A stretch of DNA of 41,209 nucleotides from an uncultured Anaerolineales bacterium (GTDB taxonomy: Bacteria > Chloroflexota > Anaerolineae > Anaerolineales > VGOW01), in NCBI GenBank assembly GCA_964431175.1, contig CAYSIV010000010.1, positions 2,194 through 43,402 on the forward strand. The letters run 5' to 3'. The notes under the pieces are model-generated. The model did no database searches. It saw only the letters and a program-made list of their open reading frames with translations, and was not told the origin of the DNA. A program made the position numbers and the translations under genes. The stretch's first letter is position 1; each line of letters starts with the position of its first letter. Below are positions 7,748 to 16,371 of this stretch, piece after piece.

Positions 7748-10700
7748 TCACTTCCCTTCCGGCCACTGCTCGCAAGTTTTGCGATACGGCGCGCCGGGCA
7801 AGTATTGCGCCCACTCATCTTGAGTCAGATTGCGCCCGGCCAACACACAGGCCCGATCAACCCACCGCTTGACATTGAAGTCCAGGAAAATCACGGCGCC
7901 GGATTCAGTGCCTGCGGCCAACCACTGACCGTCGAGGCTGAACGCGAGGTTGAGCACATTACCCGCCGGGCTGGTCAACGGATCGCCGAGGTGTTGGCGA
8001 GAACCAACATCCCACAGGTTGATCGTGCTATCGTCACCACCGGAGGCCAGCAATCCGTTCGGGCCGAGGGCCAAACTGGTCACACTGCTGGACGAACCCA
8101 CCAGGCTGAGGCCCAGCGATTCGCCGGTCGCTACATCCCACAGGATGATCGTTTTGTCGCGACTGCCAGAAATCAGGGTCTTGCCGTCGGGGCTGAAGAT
8201 CACACTGAGGATGGCGTCTTTATGCCCAACGAACTGGCGGGTGATTGCCCCGGTCGTTACATCAAATAGACTAATCGTTGCGTCCCCACCGCCTTGCGCC
8301 AGAAATTTTCCATCGGGACTGAAAGCCACACTACGCACAACCTGACTCGAGCTGGCTAACTGCGCCCGTGGCTGGCCCGTCGCCACGTCCCATAGGATGA
8401 CCGTGTTGTCCGCACTACCCGAAGCCAATGCCTGACCGTCGGGGCTGAAGACGACACTCCGCACCGAGTCGGTGTGGCCGAGGAACGGCTGGCCAATTTG
8501 CTTCTTTGTCGCTACATCCCACAAAAGGACCGCGCCATCCGAACTGCCTGAAGCCAGCATCTTGCCATCCGGGCTGAAATCCAAAGCATTTACAGCATCT
8601 TTGTGACCGGTGAGTGGTTCGCCGATCAGTTCGCGCTTGGCCACCTGCCAAAAATTGATTGCGCCGTCAGCGTTGCCCGAAGCCAGCACTGTGCCATCGG
8701 GACTGAAATCCACTGCGCGCACGGCGGAGTTCTGGTCGGCCACGGTAACGGCATCGCCGAGCGGCTGTTGCACGACCACATTCCACAGCCGGGTCACTTC
8801 GTCCACACTGCTGGTAGCCAGGGTGCGGCCATCTTTGCTAAACGCCACGCTGGCGACCTCCTGTAGATGCTTGATCTCGTCCAACCGTTGCCCGCTGAAT
8901 ACATCCCATAGCACAACCACTTTGCTATTAATCGCGCTGGTCACCAGCAGTTTGCTATCGGGGCTGAAGGCGCTACTGCTGAAACGGCCTCCATCTTCCT
9001 GGCGCCAGACAACTTGATAATTGCCAGCCGCATTCCCCCACCCCAGGGGGGCTTCTTCACCTCCCGAGGCGATCCTCCGCCCGTCCGACGACCAGGATAC
9101 GCTTCGCACCGTGCCTTTATGATCCTGCAACACCTGCAAGGGTTGTTGGTTGGCAACATCCCATACCCGAAGGGTGTTATCCGCACTGCCGGAAATGAGC
9201 CGGACGCTGTCCGGCGACCAGGCGAGGCTCCGCACCGAGTTCCGGTGCCCTTCAAGCACGCCGAGTTGAGTCAACGTGGCCGCATCCCACAAAACAATTT
9301 TGCCGTTGCCCGTCCCGACAGCTAGTGTCCTACTATCGGGGCTGAAGGCGACAGTTAACAGCGCCGGGCCGCCGGCCACCGATAACTGTTTTTGCTCGCT
9401 ACTGCTCAGGTTCCACACAATGACATGGCCCTGGTCACTACTCGCCGCCAGCCGTTGTCCATCCGGCGACCAAGCGACACTGTAAACCGTCGTCGGGAAT
9501 TTAACCGGGGGTTGTTGGGTGGATGCCCGTTGCCCAACAACATCCCACAATACCACCTGACCATCACGGCTGGCGGCGGCCAACAACTTGCCATCGGGGC
9601 TAAAGGCGAGGCCATTCGCGAAGCTATAGGTGCTCTGGAGAGAAGCGACCAGTTTGGTGGTGGGGCGGGCACTCCGCTCCAATCCGGTGAGCAGACTGTT
9701 TCTCGCCTCCAGCGTGTCGTTGACGTTGTAAGCTTCAATCCCAAGCAGTAAAGCCAACTGCTGTTGCGTATTGAGGTAATTGAATGCCTGAGCTGAGAGT
9801 TGGCGCGAAAAGGCAATTTGCTCCTGGGCCTCGGCGTTGGCCCGGGCCGTGGCGGCCACATCGCGCTCAGCCTGGGCCGTTCCCCGTTGGGCCACGGCTT
9901 GAATGCTGGCGGCCTCGGCAGTGGCTTTTTGGGCAGAGGCCTGGGTGCTGGCGGCCTGGGCAATGTCTTTTTGGGCAACGGCCTGGGTGTTGGCAGCCTG
10001 AGCCGTGTTGGCGAGGGCGGCGTTACGGCTAGCCGTCTGGCTGGCTTGTCGGCCAAAGAAAGCGGCGACGATTGCCAGGAGGAAAGCCACCACGCCCACG
10101 GCGGTGATGACCCGGTTGCCCCGGCGCAGTCGTCTGGCGGCCTCGGTCTGCTCTTCAGCTCTCCGTTTTTCAGCTTCGGCAATACGGCGGGCATCGTCCA
10201 GTTCGCGCTGGCGAATCGCCTCCTTCTGACGCTCGGCGGCTTCCTCTGCATCCTTACTGGCCTGGACGAACTCGGCTTCCAGCGGATCCAAATCGTCGTA
10301 TTGCAAGGCCTCGGCCAGTAGCACACCGCGCCGCAAGGCGTTGGGGTCTTTGCCCAACCTCAGCCATTGCTCGGCGGCGGCGGTCAGCCGGTGGCGCTGG
10401 CGCAGAGTGATGCGTTCCTCGTCCAGCCAATCCACCAGGCGCGGCCAGTTGCGCAACAGCGCCTCGTGCGCTATTTCCATCTGCGCCTCGCTCCCGGACT
10501 CGCCTGGAGTCACACGCACCAGATGAGCGCGACTCAATTTATCCAGCACACCATCAACCCGGTCGTCCGCCTCGGCCTGGTGATAGAGCGCGCCGCGCCG
10601 CACGCGGTTGCTGATCATTTCCGCCCCATCGCCCGGCTTGACCATCTTGAGCAAGACGCGTTTGGCTGTGACCTGCTCTTCAGGGGTCAGGCTGTTGTAA

Positions 10701-11851
10701 AGCTCGTCGGCGGTGTTCGCCAGAGCCTGGCGGCCTCCACCTAGCTTGCGGTAGGCTTCCCAGGTGATCTGGTTGTGATCACGGCGCTCCCACAACTCGA
10801 GCAAAGTAAACTGCAAGAGCGGCAGAGCCGCCGGTTCGCCCAGAAGGTCATTCAGCAAGTCATCCACCACGCCTTCTTCAAACTTCAGGCCGATCATCGC
10901 CGCCGGCGCTTCAATGGCCTCACGCAGTTCGCTGGCGTTGAGCGGCCCCACCCGCACCACCGCTTGCTCGAAGAGTTTTTGGAAGTCGGGCAGGCGGGCC
11001 ACCTGCGCTTCAAATTCGGTCCGCATGGTAAGGATGACGACGTGCCCGGCGTTCATCAGGCCTGCCAGGTTGTCCACGAAGGTTTGCCTCAGCCCATCAT
11101 CGGCGCAGAGGGTGAAGGCTTCTTCAAATCGATTCACCACGATGACAACACCGCCGGTGAAGTGGCTGGCAATCAATTGAGTCAGGTGGCCCGGTCGTTC
11201 GAGAGTTAACTTGACCTGCTCACGAGTCCACTCTGCGGAGTTGGCATTGGGCGGGCGGGTCAATTCGGACAAGTTGGCGAGTGGGTTCGAGCCGGGCACG
11301 ATGGGTGGAAAGTAATGCCAACCGGCGCTATCGGTCAGCGCGCCGCTCTTGAGAGCCGGAATCAACCCTGCCCACACCAGCGACGACTTGCCACTGCCCG
11401 ACGGGCCCAACACGGCCAGCAGAGGAGTCTTCTTTAGTTTGTTGACAATGTCTTTCACTAATCGTGTACGCCCAAAGAACACGCCCTTATTCGCTTCGCC
11501 AAACGCGTCCAGGCCCACATAAGGGCAGAGGGCATCGTCCAGTTCGGGGGCGAGATTTGAGTCGAACTCGGCCAGAGTGGCATCGGGCGGCTCATAGCCG
11601 GGGCGGTAGAGGCGGGTGCTCCAGTAGTCGAGAAAGCCCTGGGCCGCCTGACGGTCACCATCTTCGTCGAGCAGGACGCCGGTGGCCCGCCCCTTCAAGA
11701 TGAAGGCTTCGGCCTCAGCCAGCAGTTCGGGAGATTTGGCCTGCTCGCGCTGGCGCTTGAGCAGGTTGCGATAGGCGGCGCGCATCGCTTCCAACGACGG
11801 AAAGCGATCTACTGGCGCACTATCGGCAGTTTGAGACGGTACGTTGTTCAT
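7748..11851 (-). CDS. STAND-type P-loop NTPase fused to a single TM helix, an Ala/Gln repeat linker and 14 WD40 blades
   Basis: The 1367-aa protein reads as follows:
- An approximately 105-aa helical N-terminal domain.
- 'CPYVGLDAFGEANKGVFFGR' then Walker A 'GPSGSGKSS' (nt 11381-11407).
- 'VVIVVNRFEEAF' in the Walker B position.
- 'LPLLQFTLLELWERR' and 'HEALLRNWPRLVDWL'.
- A coiled coil, then the hydrophobic helix 'VITAVGVVAFLLAIVAAFFG'.
- 14 repeats of the 'FSPDG...LASGS...WD' type. Confidence 0.85.
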   Translation of the reverse strand: MNNVPSQTADSAPVDRFPSLEAMRAAYRNLLKRQREQAKSPELLAEAEAFILKGRATGVLLDEDGDRQAAQGFLDYWSTRLYRPGYEPPDATLAEFDSNLAPELDDALCPYVGLDAFGEANKGVFFGRTRLVKDIVNKLKKTPLLAVLGPSGSGKSSLVWAGLIPALKSGALTDSAGWHYFPPIVPGSNPLANLSELTRPPNANSAEWTREQVKLTLERPGHLTQLIASHFTGGVVIVVNRFEEAFTLCADDGLRQTFVDNLAGLMNAGHVVILTMRTEFEAQVARLPDFQKLFEQAVVRVGPLNASELREAIEAPAAMIGLKFEEGVVDDLLNDLLGEPAALPLLQFTLLELWERRDHNQITWEAYRKLGGGRQALANTADELYNSLTPEEQVTAKRVLLKMVKPGDGAEMISNRVRRGALYHQAEADDRVDGVLDKLSRAHLVRVTPGESGSEAQMEIAHEALLRNWPRLVDWLDEERITLRQRHRLTAAAEQWLRLGKDPNALRRGVLLAEALQYDDLDPLEAEFVQASKDAEEAAERQKEAIRQRELDDARRIAEAEKRRAEEQTEAARRLRRGNRVITAVGVVAFLLAIVAAFFGRQASQTASRNAALANTAQAANTQAVAQKDIAQAASTQASAQKATAEAASIQAVAQRGTAQAERDVAATARANAEAQEQIAFSRQLSAQAFNYLNTQQQLALLLGIEAYNVNDTLEARNSLLTGLERSARPTTKLVASLQSTYSFANGLAFSPDGKLLAAASRDGQVVLWDVVGQRASTQQPPVKFPTTVYSVAWSPDGQRLAASSDQGHVIVWNLSSSEQKQLSVAGGPALLTVAFSPDSRTLAVGTGNGKIVLWDAATLTQLGVLEGHRNSVRSLAWSPDSVRLISGSADNTLRVWDVANQQPLQVLQDHKGTVRSVSWSSDGRRIASGGEEAPLGWGNAAGNYQVVWRQEDGGRFSSSAFSPDSKLLVTSAINSKVVVLWDVFSGQRLDEIKHLQEVASVAFSKDGRTLATSSVDEVTRLWNVVVQQPLGDAVTVADQNSAVRAVDFSPDGTVLASGNADGAINFWQVAKRELIGEPLTGHKDAVNALDFSPDGKMLASGSSDGAVLLWDVATKKQIGQPFLGHTDSVRSVVFSPDGQALASGSADNTVILWDVATGQPRAQLASSSQVVRSVAFSPDGKFLAQGGGDATISLFDVTTGAITRQFVGHKDAILSVIFSPDGKTLISGSRDKTIILWDVATGESLGLSLVGSSSSVTSLALGPNGLLASGGDDSTINLWDVGSRQHLGDPLTSPAGNVLNLAFSLDGQWLAAGTESGAVIFLDFNVKRWVDRACVLAGRNLTQDEWAQYLPGAPYRKTCEQWPEGK

Positions 11852-13014
11852 TCGATCATCCCCAGCACAGAGGCCAGCGGCGCGCCGATTTTGCGAAGCT
11901 CACCGCACAGCGTTTTCAAATCAACATCCACCCGATAAAAACGATCCCCGGCCCGGCGGCGGTAACTGCGGAAGGCGCGTTTGACTTTGACCGGATTGTT
12001 GGAAGCCAGGGTTTCGTCCAGGCCATCGCCTTCTTTTTTGATGGCGACGGCCCATTCGTCGGTCAGGCCGTCGTACAAGGGGGCGGCTTTGGTCTTCAAG
12101 TCGGGCCACGACATTTCAAGTTCTTCCAGGTCTTGATCAATGGCAGTTTCGAGCCGCCGCAGTTCGACGTCAATGTCTTGCCAATGGTCGTGCTCGTCCA
12201 CGAGCGCGCTCAGGGCGCGGTCGAGGTTGCTCAGGGCTTCGATGCCGGTTTTAAATTGGCCGACTTTTTCGGGATCGAGGTCAAGCGAGACTAGATTCTC
12301 ACTTACTTGCGAGAGGGTTTGGACGAGGGCGGGCAGGCGCAGGGCGCGGGCGGTTTGATTCAAAAGGGCATTGATGCGCGCCGGCTGAACAGCCAGGAGA
12401 CGGTTCAACCGCCAGGTTACGCGCTTGAGTTGTTTGTCGTCCAGCTTCTCGATGGCCGTGCTGAGGTCGGCGCGAGCCAGTACCGCTTCTTCAATCCATT
12501 GCACATCCTGCTTGGGTGCGGACGGGCGTTCGGCCACCTGGCGCAGTTCGGCGACGATGCCTTCGAGGGTGAGCATGTAGTCGGTGAGGTTGTCGAGGGC
12601 CATCTCGTCGTCGGGGAAGCGGGTGGCGGCCTGGGTGATGCCGGTGAAGCAGTGGAACTGGAGGCGATGCAGGAGATCGTGCAGGTCTTTGTAGTCGCCC
12701 AGCGTGTCCACCTGATCGCGCGCCGCCGAGAAGTCGGTCCCGAAGGCGATGACGGCGTTGCGCACGTCGGAGGAGCGCTCCATCAGTTCGTGCAGGGCGG
12801 CCAGGCCTTCGCCGACGGCGTCGGGGGCCGCGCCCCCGATGATGACCGTGGCCCCGGCGGCGGCTTGGATGACGTTGCCGCCGGCGGTGATCTTGTCACC
12901 CCCGGTCACGTCGCCACTGCCGACGGTGATTTGGGCGCTTTCGCCGATGGAGACACCGCCCTGCTGGACTGAACCAGAGGGAGGAATGGTATCCGGTTGT
13001 GGGTCTTCGGTCAC
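11848..13014 (-). CDS. Hypothetical protein, Gly-rich repeat N-terminus plus all-helical body; translationally coupled to the STAND NTPase
   Basis: 388 aa with a GTG start. The N-terminus 'GGVSIGESAQITVGSGDVTGGDKITAGGNVIQAAAGATVIIGG' looks beta-helix or bactofilin-like. The remainder looks helical. Its TGA stop overlaps the ATG of the downstream gene (ATGA at 11848-11851). Confidence 0.6.
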   Translation of the reverse strand: MTEDPQPDTIPPSGSVQQGGVSIGESAQITVGSGDVTGGDKITAGGNVIQAAAGATVIIGGAAPDAVGEGLAALHELMERSSDVRNAVIAFGTDFSAARDQVDTLGDYKDLHDLLHRLQFHCFTGITQAATRFPDDEMALDNLTDYMLTLEGIVAELRQVAERPSAPKQDVQWIEEAVLARADLSTAIEKLDDKQLKRVTWRLNRLLAVQPARINALLNQTARALRLPALVQTLSQVSENLVSLDLDPEKVGQFKTGIEALSNLDRALSALVDEHDHWQDIDVELRRLETAIDQDLEELEMSWPDLKTKAAPLYDGLTDEWAVAIKKEGDGLDETLASNNPVKVKRAFRSYRRRAGDRFYRVDVDLKTLCGELRKIGAPLASVLGMIE

Positions 13015-13142
13015 GATAATAGTCTTCTTTCAAAGGAAAGGGGCGGTTGTTGATATGATTGTATGCTAATAAAGGAAAAACACAACCACTTTGCTCCTAT
13101 TTTCCGTTACGTTCGTTAAATCCATTCCTCCTATTCCTTCGG

Positions 13143-13151
13143 TGTTATAAT
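13143..13151 (+). promoter_or_regulatory. Candidate extended -10 promoter element (TGtTATAAT) upstream of prfA
   Basis: TGTTATAAT lies 45 nt upstream of the prfA ATG in a divergent intergenic region. There is no good -35 hexamer. Confidence 0.3.
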
Positions 13152-13195
13152 CATTTCACCCTCCCACCTCTTGTGGGATTTTTTGTGTGACCGCC

Positions 13196-14257
13196 ATGCT
13201 CGATAAACTCACCGGAATCGAAACCCGCTACGAAGAACTAAACCGTCTGATGTCCGACCCGGCTCAGTTGGATAACTACAGCAAAGTCGCCGAGTTCGCC
13301 AAGGAACGGTCGGCGCTGGAAGAAATTGTGACGAAGTTCCGCGAACACAAAGAGGTGCTCAAGAACCTGGCCGACGCCCGCGCCCTGCTCGACAACGAGG
13401 AAATGAAGGAACTGGCCGAGGCCGAAATCCCCGACCTGGAGAAAAAGCAAGTCGAACTCGAAGCGCAACTTAAGGAGCTTCTCCTGCCCCGCGACCCGCG
13501 CGACCAGAAGAGCGTGATTGTGGAAATTCGAGCCGGGGCCGGTGGCGACGAAGCCGGGTTGTTCGCCGCCGAGCTTTACCGCCTTTACATGCGCTACGCC
13601 GAAGGGCGCGGCTGGAAGGTGTCAATGATGTCGTCGAACGAGAGCGGCATCGGCGGCTTCAAGGAAGTGATCTTTGAAGTGAGCGGCAAGGGCGCGTACT
13701 CGCGGCTCAAATTTGAGTCGGGCGTGCACCGGGTTCAACGGGTGCCCGTCACCGAGTCGTCGGGCCGGATTCACACCTCCACCGCCACCGTGGCCGTGCT
13801 GGCCGAGGTAGATGAAGTGGAAATTGACGTGCCGGACAAAGACGTGAAGATCGACACCTATCGCGCCTCGAGCGCGGGCGGCCAGAACGTGCAGAAGAAC
13901 GCGACCGCAGTGCGCCTCACGCACCTGCCAAGCGGACTCGTGGTGACGTGCGAAGACGAGCGCTCGCAGACCCAAAACCGCCTGCGGGCGATGAGCATTT
14001 TGCGGGCGCGGCTCTATGAAGCTGAAATGGAAAAGCGGCAGATGGCGGCGTCTGTCGAGCGCAAGAGCCAGGTGGGCAGTGGCGACCGGAGCGAGAAGAT
14101 TCGCACCTACAACTTTCCGCAGGGCCGCGTCACCGATCACCGCATCGGCGTCTCGTCTTTCAACCTGCCCGCCGTGATGGACGGCGACATTGACCTGTTT
14201 ATTGACGAACTGGCAACGCGCGAGCAAGCGGAGAAATTGGCGGAGGCGGGGGTATGA
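13196..14257 (+). CDS. prfA: Peptide chain release factor 1
   Basis: The N-terminus 'MLDKLTGIETRYEELNRLMSDP' is typical of RF1. The tripeptide 'PVT' sits in 'RVQRVPVTES', and the GGQ motif in 'SSAGGQNVQKNATAVRLTHLPSG'. I prefer the ATG at 13196 over the GTG at 13187. Confidence 0.97.
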   Translation: MLDKLTGIETRYEELNRLMSDPAQLDNYSKVAEFAKERSALEEIVTKFREHKEVLKNLADARALLDNEEMKELAEAEIPDLEKKQVELEAQLKELLLPRDPRDQKSVIVEIRAGAGGDEAGLFAAELYRLYMRYAEGRGWKVSMMSSNESGIGGFKEVIFEVSGKGAYSRLKFESGVHRVQRVPVTESSGRIHTSTATVAVLAEVDEVEIDVPDKDVKIDTYRASSAGGQNVQKNATAVRLTHLPSGLVVTCEDERSQTQNRLRAMSILRARLYEAEMEKRQMAASVERKSQVGSGDRSEKIRTYNFPQGRVTDHRIGVSSFNLPAVMDGDIDLFIDELATREQAEKLAEAGV

Positions 14258-15522
14258 AGCGAAAAGGGAAAGAATTGAAGGAAAGAAGGGAAACCGACAC
14301 GCTCAGTCTGGAGTCGGTTGAGGGTGCCGCAACAAACGAAGAAAAGCGTGTAGCCGTTTATGACTCTTCCTCAAGGCCCACCATCCCAAGTAGGGTCACT
14401 CCTGAAACGCCTCTAAGCGATCTTAATCTCAACTGGCGTGAAAAAGATTTGCCGGAGCGAGAGCGCACCAAACATGTTCATCGCCTTCACCCTTATCTTG
14501 GTAAATTTATTCCCCAGCTTGCAGAGATTTTTCTACGGAAGTTCCAACCAACCTTAGTTTGTGATCCCTTTTCAGGTTCAGGGACAACTTTAGTCGAGGC
14601 AACGGCTTTCGGCGTCGACTCAGTCGGGTGTGATATATCGGACTTCAATTGCTTGTTGACCCGAGTCAAGACTGCGCGCTACAACCTTCCTTTATTGGAA
14701 CGCGAGATTAAAGACATTATGACAAAGCTGAATCTTCAGCTAAGCGACGATGGACTGTTTGTAAGGAATTTGCCTGAGTCTGTGACCGATAATGATTACT
14801 TGAATGCCTGGCTCCATCCGAATGCTCTCAGGCAGTTGCTTTACTATAGTGAACTAATCCCAAGCTACCAGCATCAGGACTTCCTCAAAGTGGTTTTGTC
14901 ACGCGCAGCAAGGTCAGCAAGATTGACGACACATTTTGACCTGGATTGGCCTAAGAAGCCGCAGACCGAGCCCTATTACTGCTTCAAACATAGCCGCACT
15001 TGCCAGCCAACGGATGATGCTTTGCAGTTTCTTAATCGCTATAGTCTTGATGCCTTGAAACGAGTCAAAGAGTTTGATGTGATCCGGAAGGATGTAGCAA
15101 CCCAGGTTATTTATGGAGATGCGCGAAGCGCGACTTTCTCAAGCGGAATCGACGTTGTAATTACCTCACCGCCCTACGTCGGAATTATTGATTACCATGA
15201 ACAACACCGATACGCTTATGAACTGCTTGGACTGGCCTGGGGCGCAGAAAAGGAAATTGGCCCGGCTTTCAAAGGCAGTTCCAAAGTGGCGCAGAAGACG
15301 TACGTAGAGCAAATATCAGATGTATTTACTAATCTGCGGCGCAGTCTAACGTCAGACGCCGTAGCAGTTATCATAGTCAATGACCGTTACCAACTTTATG
15401 ATGGCTTGCCGGAGCGCTTGGGGTTCAGGTTGGAAGACAGACTGGAACGCCACGTTAATCGGCGCACTGGGATTAGAAGTGGCGAGTTCTTCGAGTCGAT
15501 TTTTGTATGGAGGCGAAGCTAG
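14254..15522 (+). CDS. Amino (N4-cytosine or N6-adenine) DNA methyltransferase
   Basis: 'HRLHPYLGKFIPQL' is followed by the AdoMet motif I 'DPFSGSGTT' (nt 14563-14589). About 190 aa later come 'YGDA' and the catalytic 'VVITSPPYVG' (SPPY at nt 15166-15177). The start ATG overlaps the prfA stop (ATGA). Confidence 0.85.
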   Translation: MKRKGKELKERRETDTLSLESVEGAATNEEKRVAVYDSSSRPTIPSRVTPETPLSDLNLNWREKDLPERERTKHVHRLHPYLGKFIPQLAEIFLRKFQPTLVCDPFSGSGTTLVEATAFGVDSVGCDISDFNCLLTRVKTARYNLPLLEREIKDIMTKLNLQLSDDGLFVRNLPESVTDNDYLNAWLHPNALRQLLYYSELIPSYQHQDFLKVVLSRAARSARLTTHFDLDWPKKPQTEPYYCFKHSRTCQPTDDALQFLNRYSLDALKRVKEFDVIRKDVATQVIYGDARSATFSSGIDVVITSPPYVGIIDYHEQHRYAYELLGLAWGAEKEIGPAFKGSSKVAQKTYVEQISDVFTNLRRSLTSDAVAVIIVNDRYQLYDGLPERLGFRLEDRLERHVNRRTGIRSGEFFESIFVWRRS

Positions 15523-16371
15523 ATGAAAAGTTCGCGCAAATCAAATTTGCCTGACGACCTGAAGCAAGAAATCAGGAGTTATTTATCAAAGAAAGTCAGG
15601 GAGAAATTCGATAAGCGCGAAGAACTTCGCCAAGATTTGGAGGATCAAGACTTGCCATTTCATCGCCGAATATTGCATTTTCTAGGCGAGGATGAGCTAA
15701 AGCGTTTGCTATTTGAAGGTAGTTTTGTTCATGGCTTACACACAAGCATGGGTAACTGGTATCAGTATATGGCAGGTCGCATTGCTGTGCATCATTTTGG
15801 GCTACCTCAAAATCGCCAAGTTACTCAAGTTAAAGTCCGCGGCTATTTATCTGAGGATGTCGTTGCGTGTATAAGCAAAATCATGCTTGACCTTGATGGC
15901 AAGGTGACCGCGCCCAATTATCTGGCTGAAGGCCGGCAGATCAAAGAAGCCATTCTTCGAAGTGACCCTGACGACAAGACCCATGACCGAGAAATCATGG
16001 TGGACTTGTACGTGCCCGAAGCAAAGGATTGGCTACTTGCAGTTGAGATGAAAACACCTAAGACGAACATCTCCATTTTTCGTGGCGAGAAGCGAAAACT
16101 GCTAGAGTTGCGAGCGCTGCTGTTTCAGGAATTTCCCGATAAACCAATTGACAAATTCAAGGTGTGTCTGGCCTTCTCCTACAATCCTTATAAAACACTC
16201 AAAGGCTTTGAGAAAAAGTGGGGCTTTGGAAAAAAACTTATTGACTATGGCAATGATTTACTGATAGGTGAAGACTTCTGGAATTTTATAGGCGGTGAAG
16301 GAACTTATCAGAGTTTGCTGAATGTGGTGAGACAGGTTGGATACACACTGAAAGCCAAAGATTTTAGATGA
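15523..16371 (+). CDS. PD-(D/E)xK nuclease-like protein, probable type II restriction endonuclease (TdeIII-like by recollection)
   Basis: 282 aa, abutting the methyltransferase stop. A D-x13-E-x-K pattern, 'MVDLYVPEAKDWLLAVEMKTPK', lies at nt 16003-16053. The N-terminal 'LPFHRRIL...SFVHGLHTSMGNWYQYMA' and C-terminal 'EDFWNFIGGEGTY' resemble restriction-enzyme families as I remember them. Confidence 0.55.
   Translation: MKSSRKSNLPDDLKQEIRSYLSKKVREKFDKREELRQDLEDQDLPFHRRILHFLGEDELKRLLFEGSFVHGLHTSMGNWYQYMAGRIAVHHFGLPQNRQVTQVKVRGYLSEDVVACISKIMLDLDGKVTAPNYLAEGRQIKEAILRSDPDDKTHDREIMVDLYVPEAKDWLLAVEMKTPKTNISIFRGEKRKLLELRALLFQEFPDKPIDKFKVCLAFSYNPYKTLKGFEKKWGFGKKLIDYGNDLLIGEDFWNFIGGEGTYQSLLNVVRQVGYTLKAKDFR

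Noticed and set aside
13160-13186. A small hairpin, CCCAC-CTCTT-GTGGG, followed by ATTTTTTG just upstream of prfA, as a possible attenuator.
   Set aside because: The stem is only 5 bp and no upstream + strand gene needs termination here. This is not enough support for a regulatory call.
14254-15522. The possibility that the SPPY methyltransferase is a second protein (RF1-directed) methyltransferase, given its position between prfA and prmC.
   Set aside because: The 'HPYxGKFxP ... DPFSGSGTT' block and the SPPY tetrapeptide are signatures of DNA N4/N6 amino-methyltransferases. The gene shares the low-GC island with a PD-(D/E)xK-like protein, and a canonical PrmC is present downstream.
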